Positions 10,265 to 23,146 of a DNA stretch of 64,000 nt are shown in pieces. The stretch is from Tetramitus jugosus (Eukaryota; Protista; Heterolobosea), in contig OW569379.1 of assembly GCA_937625935.1 (NCBI GenBank), positions 1-64,000 on the forward strand, written 5' to 3'. Made by a program: the position numbers and the translations under genes. The notes under the pieces are model-generated. The model ran no database searches and had not been told where the DNA came from. It saw only the letters and a list, made by a program, of their open reading frames with translations. Numbering within the stretch: the stretch's first letter is position 1; every line of letters starts with the position of its first letter.

Positions 10265-13200
10265 TCAGCTGTGCGATGGAATGTGCCTGAATGCAATCTC
10301 TCGCAATGCAGTTGCTGAGTCAGGACCAGTTTGTTCCACGAGTTTCGTAAATATTCCTTCGCGATTGGAGAGCAAGTTGGTAGGTGTGTCAAACTCTACT
10401 ACGTGGCCAGCTTCCATTACAATGATGCGATCGCTGTCGATAACTGTATCCAATCGATGTGCAATCGTCAGGATCGTTCGATTGGCAAATACATTGCGAA
10501 TCGTTCTCTGTATCATTGTATCTGTCTCTAAATCCATGGCCGCTGTTGCTTCATCAAAAACGAGCAGTTTTGATTGATTCAACACAGCTCTGGATAAACA
10601 AAAGAGTTGCTTTTGACCCAGACTATAATTGGAACCGTTTTCTAAAACAATGTTGTTGAGCTGTGAAGGCATTTCTTGAACAACGGCCTTCAGATTGGCA
10701 CACTCCAATGCGTCCCAAAGCTCATCATCTGTGTGCTTATTAAATGGATCCAAGTTACTGCGAATTGTGCCCATGAACAACACTGGCTCTTGTGGAATGA
10801 TTGCAATTCTGCTTCTGAGATCCGATAAACCCAAAGTGGATATGTTGATGCCATCGATCGTAATTTGGCCTGACTCTGGTTCTAACAATCGGAAAAAGCT
10901 CATCAGTAAGCTCGTCTTGCCGGAACCGGTTCGACCTACAATACCAATCTTCTCTGCTGGTCTAATTTCCAGAGTCACTCCTTTTAGTACAGTTGGTGTG
11001 TGTGCACTATATCGTAGAAACAAAGAATCGATAAACACACGTCCTTCCGAGGGCCATATCCCAGATGGCTCTGTAGTTCTTATGCGAGCTTCAGCCTCAG
11101 GTTTCACATGATGTGCATAGTTGTTCAATCTCTCCATACACGCTATTTGGCCATTGATTTCAGCAAAACCTCTCACGACCCACGTGAAGAAAACCAATTG
11201 TTGGAACGAGGTTGAGATAGCCACTCCAAAAGAACTAGCATTCATCGGTCCTCTGTCTACTATAGCAAATATCGCAGAAATGAACACACAAATAGAGCTT
11301 ACTATATCCAACCTAAATGACAACCATAGTTGTAGTTGTTCACTCGTGAATGTCGCTCGATGATTATCATCTATTTTCTGAATGTACTCAGACTCAAATC
11401 TTTTCTTCTCCCCAAATGCTCGAATCAGAGCTAATCCTGTCAATGATTCATTCAGATGAGAAAAAATTAAAGAATCAGTGCTCCCAGAGCGTTCCTTCAG
11501 AGATGATGCCGGATTGGAATAAAGAAAATACATGACAGTGAAGCTGACTACCAGAACGACCAATACAACACTGTAGAGAGGAATCATCATGCCAATAATA
11601 ACGACTGTTGTTAAAAACACCATGAAATAAATCAGGGTAATATGAATGGTTTCAGGTAATGTCTCATCAACAGTGTCCTGATCTTTCGAGAAACAATTTA
11701 AAATTCTGCCCACTGGAGTTTCATAGTAAAACTGCATAGGAGCCCTTAGAATGCTCTTAAACATTCGATTGTGTAAGCGAGTTGAGCACCTTAATGCCAT
11801 GGCATAAAACGCAATTCCTCGCAAAAACAGTGCAACAAAACAGACAGCCACCAATACTGAATATATCCAAATATATTGACCAGTTAATAAGTGATACTGA
11901 TCCGCAGTCCACCATCCGATCCAACGAGCAGCAATAACCCGTGCTGCCTGTGAAAAACTAAACATGGCCAAAGTGATGAACGCAAGGAAGAAACCACTTT
12001 CTCTCAGCCAGACATAGTGTCCATAAAAGGGTAGAACTCTTCGATTTCTTTTCTTGTAAATTTTTTCATCGTTACCCTTCGTACTATCTGGTATAACAGT
12101 CTCATTATTTTGATCCAGCTCAAGGTCCGTCACTAATGGAGCAGCAGCAGGAGCTTCTTGCAAGCCCTTGACATTCAGATCACCCTCTACCTCCTTGCTC
12201 TCCTCTGTCAAAAATGAGCACTGTTCTTCATCAGATAAGTGATCAGTTGGAGTGTCTGGGAGGTCAACAACTGGGAGTTCCTCTGGTATTAATTCTACTA
12301 CCTTTCTGTCGAGCTTACTCTCTTCGAACATCCAATGAGGAAAATACCTCTTGACACAGTGGAGAGCCTCATGATTAAATTCTCCAAAGTATTTCATAGA
12401 ACCATTGTCCATGACTGCAACAAGATGACATTCTTGAAGCAATTCGAAATGATGCGAAACTAACAACACAGTCTTTTCCTTCAGCATTCCGCGTATGCAA
12501 TGCTCAAAAATGTGTATAGCCGTATGTTGATCCACTGAACTCAATGGTGAATCCAAAAGGTACATGTCTGCGTTACTGTACACTGCTCTTGCTAGAGCAA
12601 TTCTTTGCTTTTGTCCACCGGAGAGATTGGCTCCTCTATCACTCAACTCTGTATTATCTCCATCGGGCATGACCGCAAAGTCCCGTTCTAAGCAACAAGC
12701 GAACACTGTTTCCTTGTATCGTGCCTCATCATATGAATTTCCAAAGAGAATATTACCTCGGATCGTTCCATTCTGAATCCACGGTACTTGAGAAACGTAG
12801 CCTATTTTTCCCTCGCCTACCTTACACTTTCCTGACTTTAATTTCATCTGCCCTAATATGCTACATATGAGATTAGTCTTTCCAGATGTCACCAGCCCGA
12901 CGATAGCACATAATTTTCCCTTCGGAAGTTCAAAGCTAATATTGTGCAGTAACTCTTCTGTGTGCAAGTACGAAAAACAAGCATTCTCCATCTTAATTCC
13001 ATAGTAATTACTCTCCCTGGGCTGTACTTGCATTTCATCGGTTAGTAAGAACCTTTGCAGTCTTGGGATCGCGGATATAGACTCGGCAAAACCTTGGAGT
13101 GCTTTTGGTAGGATGAGAATTGGGAATCGAAGGGTATTGAATAGACTCAGAGTTGTGAATGCAACTGGGGGACTCAATTGACCATTCTTATGTATGTACA

Positions 13201-14268
13201 CTGCAAATATCGCGAGAGGAATCAATAGAGGGACACTGAACAACATGGTTAAATTAATTATCTTGATCAAAAAACGACTGAACATCATGAAAAACTCCTT
13301 TCTTCGGACACGTTTCACCTTGGCAGCAAAGAATTCTTCCCATGCATACAACTTGACCAATTTTGCAGACATCAATATCTCTGTCATCAATGACACTCTT
13401 CGATCAGTCGCATTGATATTTTTGAACCTCAAACTAGTCACAATCTTACCCATGACACTCTGCAATACGAGCAATACGACAACGATACCTAAGGCAATCC
13501 AACCAACAGGTCCCACCATGTAAATTAACAAGCCAACAATACCCATACACTCCAACGTGCTCCCCCACAAGAAATGGAACGAAGAACAACTTTCCATTAA
13601 TCGAGAGCAATCATTGGTAGCGAGGTTGACAACATCTCCTGCATTCAACTCATCCATATCCAGACTCATGGCCTTTTGATACACTGCAGTCAACAGAGCA
13701 GCTCTTATTCGAATACCAACCTGACTGGACTTGCTTGACATTTGTTGAAATGCCATGCTCAACGAGAGACATGCGATGAGTAAACCAGAACAGAGCACCC
13801 ACCCAACCCAATCAGGCTGATCACTCGCAACAAATATCACTAATTCTCTCACAAAATAGAATGAGCACAACACCACGAGCACACTCCAACAGAGCTTGTA
13901 TAGGCCTGCGAGAAAAAAGTCCCACAGAACTGTTTGCACAATTGCTATCGTCAACGAAGGATACTTTCTCTTCTTTTGTCGATCCCAAGCTTTTGAAAAC
14001 CTTTTGCTGGCCACAAGAGCTCTATCTGTACAATCTAAGCTCAGATCCTTGTCCAGCACTGTAGACGTGTTATCCTTCTTTTTTTTGAATCTTGCCTTGA
14101 ACACGAGCTTGTCAAGCCAACTTGTTTAGTCAAAATAGGTGAATGTCAGGACACACGAACCAACACACAAACAATAAAAAGAGAGCAAACAAATCGTGAG
14201 CCATACGAAAACGTAATGCGAGACAAAACCCAGGCATCTTCAAAGTGCCATGCGAAAAGCTTATTCAT
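10265..14268 (-). CDS. ABCC/MRP-family full ABC transporter. 2 exons, intron 14121-14206
   Basis: TMD-NBD-TMD-NBD layout with GLVTSGKT, LSGGQKQR, GRTGSGKT, YSLGQKQL and DEATA motifs. The splice restores SRITFSWLDKLV. Probable ATG at 14268. Confidence 0.95.
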
Positions 14269-14552
14269 CTTATTTTGTTTAATCCGATCTTGATAGAATG
14301 TTGAACCAGATAAGGCCGAGCTAGCTGGTTCAATATTCCTCCAGAGGTTCAGAATACGACTGTTGCTGCTATATTGATCACCATTCCTAGAATGTGAATT
14401 TTCCTTCCATGGAACAGCCACCTTAACAGGTCTTTTGCCAAAATGAATGGTATCAGATGCAAAAAGTTCTTCTTTGATCTTGCGGTTCGATTAATTCTCT
14501 TTTTCGGATCTTTTCACCGTCCAACCAACAACTTACAAAAAAAATCAGCTCT

Positions 14553-15956
14553 TTATTTCCCCTCATATGGATCTTCGTCGAGCTCCCACTCTAATACTCG
14601 AGAATGATTCCTGATGCTCATACGCCAGCTGGAACCCGTATCCACGGTACCATCCTTGATAGCTTCCTCAGAAACGAAAGGACTCTGTCTGGAACTGAGC
14701 ATAGGACGCGGTGTTGTCGACTTTGCGGACCAACTGGTCGATGTTGTTTCAGTTGTTGAAATTGGACTGTGAGTGATCCGAGTGGACTGGCGCAAGCTTC
14801 TCCTAAAATCTTGACCCTTTGGTTTGGAATAACGTTGGGCAAGCAAGTTGAATCCGATTGGCCTGGTAAAACAGCGAAGTGGCATCGGATAGAGCAATAT
14901 GAACATGGACCAAATGGGAATCAGTTCACTTACTGGTTTCATAAAAATGACAAACAAAAGTAGAGGCAATCCAACCACAGTTCGCAACACAATGAACAAT
15001 ATTCCAATGGCTCGAGAAGCAATGCCTAGACAGAACATGATTTGTAGTAGGAGAAGACTCAACAAAACAACATTTGTTCTCTTTCGATAGAGATTCATCA
15101 CCGGATCATACGATGGATGATGCTTGTCGCATGTTTTATCCTTCACCTTCTTCACTCTGGTCTTCTCAAACAAAAAGATTGAGTACATAATGCCTAACAG
15201 AGCGATGACTGCCTGCGTTATAATAATCACAGGAATGCTGATATAAATTGTGACAACTCGAGACCAATACCGATTAAATGCAGATAGAGGGCTCGTATGT
15301 GCATCAATTGAGGCCTCGAACAACACACTCGCCACAATGGCAAAAATGTTAAAGGCAAGTGCGAGGAACATGACCAATCCTATGAATACTCGTATCAACA
15401 CACGATGCCTCTTATCAGACACAGAAGGAGTCCCAACAGATATCCCAATCATAATAAAGCAAAATAGGATCCACGTGTTCAACGGTATGCACACAACCTG
15501 AAATATAGTGTCCAATGTCCGTATCAAAGAATACTCATAATAAAAGGCAGCACTTAACGAAAAGCCAGATTGTAACATTCGACAGGCACACTGGAAGAGA
15601 ATGGAATAGAGTGTGCAATAAAGCCAGAAATGACTCTTATTGAAAAAAGAAAGGCAATGATCTGCATAATTGGTGTTCTGAGATTTAACCAATGCAAACT
15701 CCTCGGCCTCATCTGACTTGAAAGCCACCAGGGAACAGTCATCCGAACACACACAACAACAATGTGCCAATTGATATGTCACAATGATCCACAACGAGAA
15801 TAAGAAAGTGAACAGGTAGAGACCGGAGCATGTGGACTCGAGTATAATGGTGTTCAATTGAGTCATATTGTTGTAGGTGAAAGGAACCGTATTTACATTA
15901 CTGACATTGCTATATTTCAGTAATTCACTCAATGTTTGGTCATAGTAGAGTGACAT
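14553..15956 (-). CDS. Seven-transmembrane protein (GPCR-like, GPR137/TOM1-THH1-like)
   Basis: Seven hydrophobic segments, N-terminal N-glycosylation sequons, SELIP in the last helix, Ser/Thr-rich C-tail. Confidence 0.7.
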   Translation of the reverse strand: MSLYYDQTLSELLKYSNVSNVNTVPFTYNNMTQLNTIILESTCSGLYLFTFLFSLWIIVTYQLAHCCCVCSDDCSLVAFKSDEAEEFALVKSQNTNYADHCLSFFNKSHFWLYCTLYSILFQCACRMLQSGFSLSAAFYYEYSLIRTLDTIFQVVCIPLNTWILFCFIMIGISVGTPSVSDKRHRVLIRVFIGLVMFLALAFNIFAIVASVLFEASIDAHTSPLSAFNRYWSRVVTIYISIPVIIITQAVIALLGIMYSIFLFEKTRVKKVKDKTCDKHHPSYDPVMNLYRKRTNVVLLSLLLLQIMFCLGIASRAIGILFIVLRTVVGLPLLLFVIFMKPVSELIPIWSMFILLYPMPLRCFTRPIGFNLLAQRYSKPKGQDFRRSLRQSTRITHSPISTTETTSTSWSAKSTTPRPMLSSRQSPFVSEEAIKDGTVDTGSSWRMSIRNHSRVLEWELDEDPYEGK

Positions 15957-16358
15957 GTTGCGTTCTTCTTATATATGTAGTTGTTGGTTCTGTTGTTGTC
16001 AACTGCTGTTGTTGAAATGAAAATAATAACGAGAGTTGAAATACCAGATGGATATGGGTGATAGTTTGTCGGTGATGGGACAAACAGATGTGTGATAGTG
16101 AACAGAGTTGGTACACAAAAAAAAGAATTGCAATGTCACCTCGTTTTCTGATGTGTACAACAACTGTTTAAAATTACTGGTGCAGATTTGTTTTGTGAGG
16201 TGTTGGTGGTGTGTTTGGTGTTGAGTTTGGGATCAAGGGTCAAAAAAGAGCCGAAGAGCTACTGTCCTTGTTCCACATTAGATGACCTGAAAAAGAATGT
16301 GCTCTGGGCGCTGACATTGACGCCATGACACTCGGAAAATAATGTTTTAACAAAAGAA

Positions 16359-17291
16359 TCATGATTCCCTTTTCAATTTTTTGGCGCCAGGAACATATTC
16401 TTCCCTATTATCCCGACTCCGTTTGTTGTTTTCGAAAGGGTGCTTCGAAGAGGGAGTCGGGGGCGACGATTCGTCGGTGAGTACGTCTCTTGTTTTCAGT
16501 AGCATGGATTTACAGAGAGCCAGAGTGTCATGCAAACTGCTTGAAGCTTCCATTCTTCTTTCAGATGCATGCTGCATGATCGTAATGGCTTGCTGTCTGG
16601 CTTGCACTGGTCGATAACTGTTCAACAAGTAACTCATGTTCAACAAGAGCAATTGAATCTGTTGAACCTTGAGCAGACTAGCAGGTCTCTGTTCCAATGG
16701 TTGAACATCAGATGTTTGTTGTGTTGTTGTTGCCACCTTACCAGAGACATCCAATGAAGATGATGACTGCTGAGCCTTTTGCTGCTCCAAAAATGTCTCA
16801 GCATCCAACAGAGTCGTATTGATATCCTCCGACAGCATCTCATTTGGCTTCTCACTCAACAAAATGTTCAACAACTCTAAAAAGTTGAAACAGAGAGATC
16901 GATTCAATCGTTTCAATTCTGACACTACATTTCCAACCACATTTTCATCATCAATATGAAACAATTCTCGAATATGATCGTCCTTTGGTCTCTTGATCAT
17001 GTGACCCAACTGCACTATATTACCAAATGTTTGAATAGGTGTGTTGGATGGTAAGGGACGTGGTGGTCTCGTGTTTTCAGCATCAAAATTCCGATAGTAC
17101 TGTTTGGGAGGTGGTGGAAAGGATGATTGATGTTGTTCTTCTTCGTCTATTGGTACAGTGATCATTGTCATGTCTACACCACCAACATTGGATGATGATG
17201 GATCAATATTGGATGATGTTGTTGCGATGAGGTTGTTGTGATTCACTTCGGATGATGATGCTTCCGATAGCTGTTGTTGATCAACTTGCAT
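16359..17291 (-). CDS. MED7: Mediator complex subunit 7
   Basis: SSFPPPP..YY, ELKRLNRSLCFNFLELL and LLLNMSYLLNSYRPVQAR are MED7 signature motifs. Confidence 0.9.
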   Translation of the reverse strand: MQVDQQQLSEASSSEVNHNNLIATTSSNIDPSSSNVGGVDMTMITVPIDEEEQHQSSFPPPPKQYYRNFDAENTRPPRPLPSNTPIQTFGNIVQLGHMIKRPKDDHIRELFHIDDENVVGNVVSELKRLNRSLCFNFLELLNILLSEKPNEMLSEDINTTLLDAETFLEQQKAQQSSSSLDVSGKVATTTQQTSDVQPLEQRPASLLKVQQIQLLLLNMSYLLNSYRPVQARQQAITIMQHASERRMEASSSLHDTLALCKSMLLKTRDVLTDESSPPTPSSKHPFENNKRSRDNREEYVPGAKKLKRES

Positions 17292-17343
17292 GTTTTTTTT
17301 TGTTGTTTAATTTTTTTATGGAAACCAAAACCAGACTGAATGA

Positions 17344-19130
17344 ATGAACAAAGAAAGACACTTGAATGTGTATGGGATAGGGAGATCTGATAGCCACCAA
17401 ACAGGTTTCAACCGTTTGTACTATGAACACAAGGGTGACAAGGATGACTATCTGGAAAGAAGCAAACAATCTGATAGTGTCAAGAAGTTTGCCCAAGTGG
17501 TACAGTATGGTACCATGGGAGAGCATTTTGAATCAGAGGAGGAAATTTTAGCACCACAGGAATATGTGGTCCACGTTTCATGTGGCCAATACCATACATT
17601 GTTTGTTACCAATTGTAGGCGTGTTTTTTGTTGTGGTCGTTATTATGACAACTACGGTAATTTATCATTAATGAAACAAGTGACACTTTTGCCAAAGTTG
17701 TCCAATTGTAACATTGTGGAGACGAAGTGTGGAAATTCTCATTCGTTCTTCATTAGTGAAGGCTACGAGTGTGTGTATGCTTCAGGGCATAACACTCATG
17801 GTGAATGTGGAGTCACGAAAGAAAAGAAACATGACCTGACAAAGTTGGAGGGAATTGAAGGCAAGCAATTGAAGATGGTCACGCCTGGTGCGTATCACAC
17901 TGTATTCGTCACAGTCGATAATTGTGTGTATACTTGTGGTTATTGTGCCTTTGGCTCTCTGGGTCAAGGGTATCAGAGTCAACGGAGTCTCGTTCCAGTC
18001 AGGGTGGATCATCCAGATCTGGGGTTCGGATCGAAGAAGATCAGGAGCATAGAGTGTGGATACTGGCATTCAATTGTGGTTACAGAGGATGGATCAGCAT
18101 ACTCTTGGGGATATAATCGGCATGGTGAATGTGGTTTAAACTCGGTTTCAAGAGATGGCATTCAAAGTCCCACTTTGGTTACTGGAATTCCCGATCATGA
18201 AAAGCTTGTGGATGCGCGATGTGGAAGTCGTTTTACAGTATTCCGGACAAGGTCTAATAGCTTTTATGGTTGTGGTGATAATTCTCGAGGTGCCTTGGGA
18301 TTGCTTTTTGTTGGTAATCAATCAATTGTGTCTCAGATTCCTCTGTCAATTGGAACTGTTCTCGATTACACTTGTGGAAAAGACTTCACTTTGTTTACGA
18401 CAAAGGAAGGTTTCTTTTTATGTGGTGATAGAAAGTTTGTATGAGTTATTCTATTTCTTCGCTCTATTGTTCAACAACCCACTCCCTCTTTTGATCTATA
18501 GGTCGAAAACATTTATGTCATCCAACTATCAAGATAGCAGATTAGTTTCTGAGGTATGTTTGCCTTGGATTCACAATGCGTTTCTCAGTGACATTCATTG
18601 TGCTTGCTCCAACACTAGTCACCATGCATTTTTGTACAGTGTACCCAAGGTTCGATCAACCTTCTTGACCAAGTTATTCACTACTCAACAAAATGAACAA
18701 CTGTGTGATTTAGTTGTTGTGGTGAACAATTGAGATATGATCTTTTGGATCTTTCAAAGAAGAGAGGCATTGCGATGGGATGTATTTCCATCGATAGATA
18801 CTCTAATTTGTTACATCCTCTGAAAACATCATCTAAACTCTTATTGTACCTGTAAACACACTAAGGTCTAATCTTTGAACATATGCAGTAATACTGTGGA
18901 AACAACTACTCCATTGAGTATTCGCTGGTCTTCTAATGTCCAGCCTTTCATGTATTGTAATTCATGTATTGTAGCTAGTTTTCGAGGACATGAAAGTTGG
19001 CCAAACAACGAGAACAACTAATTGATGTCTCACAGGTGCTTAAGTCATCAAGTTCTCTGATGTGTTGACGCGAAAACATAAATTTGTTTAACTGGTTTGC
19101 ATTGAACAAGATATTCACGACTCTACAAAA
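17344..19130 (+). pseudogene. RCC1-repeat + BTB protein with disrupted 3' end. Intron 18435-18501; intact frame ends at 18733
   Basis: RCC1 motifs (CGQYHT, CGYWHS, GYNRHGECG). The GTTTGT..TATAG splice leads into LCDLVVVV (a typical BTB start), then a stop. A degenerate BTB/BACK-like tail lies at about 19020-19130. Confidence 0.65.
18785..18960. repeat. Diverged local copy of KATNIP coding sequence (20061-20310)
   Basis: 18785-18857 aligns to 20061-20134 at about 65/74 identities by hand. Weaker matches continue to about 18960. Confidence 0.8.
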
Positions 19131-19180
19131 GGAACAACTGATAATTTAAATTGGAGAATGATCTTTTATGTTGGAGAGTA

Positions 19181-22100
19181 TTATTGCGATTGAATACTCG
19201 TCATGGGTCTAGACGAACTGGAGGCATTACGACTATTCACCCTCTTCCTCTCCTGATCGTACAATTTTTGTTGATTCTGATTCGCCAAGTACTTGCTATT
19301 GTTGTTGATAAACACAACCATTTGTTCATTGTTGGAGATTCGATAAATGTTGTCTTTCTCATTCTGGTAGATGATGGGGTCATTTGTGAACAGAATAGAT
19401 TGACCAAATGACCTTTGACTGTCTGAAGCCGAAGGAGCCTTCCTAAGTTCTCCTTTGTAGAATAGAACATCGTCAACATAGACCTCTAACTCTTCTACGC
19501 CTCTCTCGGGCGTCTTACTGTAATTCCAAATTTTTATCATCGATATTGCCACCGGTTCGTCGAATATGATGTACAGATGGTTCGTTTCATCTGGATTGTA
19601 TGGTGTTAACCACATATGCCTATCATTCCAGGTATCGTTCACTTGATCTACCAGCTTGTCCAGAGTTCTCATATCGTTCCTACACTCAGGAAGCTCTGCG
19701 ATACTCCGTGGTTCAGCATGAATGTTGCTCATAGTTAGAGAAATGGGTTGGTTGGCCGCATCATAGATCTCAATTCCGTTCAAACCAATAAAATGTTGAT
19801 CTCCATGAGTCGATAACAATCGAAATTTAAAGACATATCCAGTTGGTAAGAGCGCACACTCATAGTCTTGTCTCGGAGTTTCCATCTTGTTGCTCTTCAC
19901 TCTCATGATTGCCTGTTGGATTCCTCCATTCAAAATAGAGGAACTTCTCACCGAAACTGTTCCTTCTTGTCCGCTATCATAGAGAAAAATCGTATGACCA
20001 TAATCAAAGCTAGTGTTCCCTGGTGCTTTTCTGACAATATGCCCCTCAGAAGTGATACATTTTCCATCGATAGATATTCTAATTTTCTTGCATCCTCTGA
20101 AAGAATCTTCTAAACTCTTATTGTAATTGTAAACGCGAAGGGCACACACTCGAGTTGGTTCTTTAAAGTCAATAATGAGATGTGGATTGTCGAATAAAGT
20201 CAAAGGTATCAACCACATGTGACTATCATCTGTAGTAATATTGTGTCCATCGACTAGCTTATCGAGTGTTCGATAATCTCCTGAATGTCCAGATATAGTG
20301 TTCATGTCCTGTGGGACTGCAGTTAATTGAGAAGAGGAAATGGGTATGGGATTCATGGTTTGATCCAAAATTTCTATTCCAGTAAGACCTATGTAATGCA
20401 AATCACTCCAGGAGCTCTCAAAGTCGATACGAATCTGCTCACACACACCAGATTCAGGGACACCTCGAGTCGTAGTTTTTGTTATTCCATTTAGTCTGGG
20501 AATTGATTGCACGCTAGGATTGATATTGCTGTGAGGATGATAGAAATCTTTTTGCAGGATAGCACTGGTCGTTGGTCTCTCAGAAGGATTTAAGCTTTTA
20601 AAGTGGAGATCAACATTGAATTCACCATCAAATTCTTGTTGTTTGCTAGCTGTGGAGGGTCTTTCGCCCACGATTGAGTCTCTGAACAATTGAGCTGTTT
20701 CCTCAATGGATGGAGTTGTATTATTATGGATCGAGTCATAGAGCTCTATTTCGGCCAGAGTATTCTCATTAGTTGTGAAAAGAATACATTCAGCCAATTG
20801 AATGGCATTGTGAATTGTTCCAGATGCTTTGCGTATTTCTCCTTTAAATATTAGAACATCATCCAACATTATTTCAACATATCGAACACCTCTGTATGAG
20901 TGAATTCTTGACTTATTGTAGTTCCAAACACGGATCATGCTGATGGATGTTATCTGGTCGAATGTCACATATATAAAATGATTGTTACCTGGAGTGTATG
21001 GAGTCAGCCATGCATGCATATCATCACATGTGTTGTTTAGACCATCGAACAATTTTTCAATTGTTCGAGGGTCGTTTGTGTATTCCGGAAGAATGTTGAT
21101 ATCTGCCGGGTCAGCAGACACCTGTTCTCTGAGATTTCTTAACTTTACTATTTTACCATCGAAGTCGAAAATCTCTATTCCAGACAGCCCTATGTAATGA
21201 GGATCACCCCAACTTGCTTTACAATTGAAGGTTAGCTTCTTACCCGAAGGATGCAACGGAATCTCAAAAACATCCTGATTCGAAGTATTCATAGCACTGT
21301 CCTCTGTTGAAGGAATGTTGAAATGACTGGTTTTTTTCCATTTGCCACGCTGGATGTTATTGATTTCAATAGGGGATGCAGCTCGATTATTTGTGTGTAA
21401 TGTTCTTTCTGTGACAATGGCTTTCATTGACTCATATGAACTGATCTCCGTTTCACTCTCAGAATCACTACTATCCTCTATGATTGTATCTCGAGATTTC
21501 AGTCGTCCTGAATGAGCCATTGCGAAGTGCATAAGAGAGTCCATCGACTGTTCTAGTGTTGAAGGACGTCTTCTTGGAGTATGAGAACGATCTCTCAGGT
21601 TTTGGTCAGATGACATCTCGTTAGTTTTTGGAGAATCAATGGGAGAGGTGCCCGACCGACCAGGGCGATGATCATCCGAAGATGACAAGGGATTCGATAA
21701 CGCTGAAATGAGTGGTCGAGAAGCCCTTCGGCTACCCCTGGAGTTATTACTAAATGTTCTTCTCTCTTGGGATATTGGACGCGGTCTAGACCTTATGCCT
21801 GATTCATTGGGGGAAAGGGATCCCTCTTGAATGTTTACTTCGGGCAACCGTTGCGTAGGTTGTCCCCGAGATACTGGTCTTGATTCAGATGCATCACTGG
21901 TGGTCATGTTTAAGTTCGATTTTTTGTCGCCATGCTCTTCTGCCATCCATAGAACATGACTCTTATCTGAGTATTCGACTTCATGAGAATCAAACAGAGT
22001 ATTGACAGGTGAATCTACATGCGTGCTAGTAGACCGAATAGGCTCCTTCAATTGTACACCTCCTTGCAGTAGCAATTCATCAACAAACTATTCATTGTGA

Positions 22101-23065
22101 ATAAATATCAAACAATAAAAGGAGTTTCCCAACAATGCAAGTGTTCGTGTACTTACGACTAATACTCTGCTCATGGCCTCTTCCGATAGGCTCTTAATTT
22201 TAGATATTAACAAATCCTGAATAACAACATGTGATTCAGGAGACTGCATGCTATCATCTGTAATACTATTGGCTGATTGACTGTTGTTGGATTCCAACTC
22301 TCCAAAAACTAGTGGTTTTCCTTGAGATATACTCGTCCTTCTCCGGATATTTGCAGGAAATGTTTCTCTTTTTCGTAGGTTGTTCTCCGATAAACTCTTG
22401 CGAATGCTCGACACTTCCTCTCTAAAATCTTGGTCAAATTCACTGCTTTCGCTCTCAGAATCACTTGATATCCTTTCCTCCTCAACCTCAAATATCTTTT
22501 GTGATTTTGTTGTATGGGCATCTTTGAATATCATTTTAGGTTCCCTATTCCAATTACTTCGTTTTTGATTGTTCAAAGAGTAGTAGTCTTCTTTCATTAG
22601 ATTTTCATCCTCCTTTGACAACGAGATGCGTCTTGTTCTTTGTGAGAATACTTCATTACCGTTAGAATTGTATAAATTAGAATTGAAAGCACTATTATGA
22701 TTACTACTACTATTGATTTGATTGATGTTGGAGGATTTTGTCTTTGATCTCGCCCGATTGGCTCCACTGAAGCACAGATTGAATCCTTGTTCTCGTTGCT
22801 TCAGCTCTCGGTTCTTCGAATCCATTTCTTCCAACTGCCTCTTTTGACGATTTCTCTCTTGCAATTGATTCAAGTATTCGCTGTACTGTGTGTTCACTGG
22901 TCCTGGTGGTCGAACGGAAGATCGATCCTCCCTGTTCGGAATTACTGTTTTAATATTTTGATAGTTCCATCGTCTTCTGTTGTTTGGATTCTCTGACTCG
23001 TGCATGTTCTGTTGCTGTTCACTCATTCTGTAACCAATAGGTGTCTCATTTCCATCTTCGTCCAT
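19181..23065 (-). CDS. KATNIP: Katanin-interacting protein (KIAA0556/DUF4457 repeats), a ciliary base protein. 2 exons, intron 22088-22156
   Basis: Three repeats of WGDxHYIGLxGIEI...ADPADIN...DxRTxDKLxDG...HMWLxP...IRVWNYNKS...GxIRKA. A GTAAGT..AATAG intron joins the two ORFs in frame. Confidence 0.9.
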
Positions 23066-23146
23066 CGTGTTCTTTTATCAAAATTCAAACAAGCTTGGAA
23101 AATGCTGTAATTTCGAGCGCAAGTTTATTGGCGCCAATACCAGGGC

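Noticed and set aside
10281-14129. Numerous short antisense and alternate-frame ORFs in the ORF track (here and throughout the window)
   Set aside because: They are shadows of long real genes, often with GTG/TTG starts, and have no independent motifs.
22076-22156. Readthrough or two separate genes at the KATNIP 5' end
   Set aside because: Explained by the canonical intron 22088-22156.
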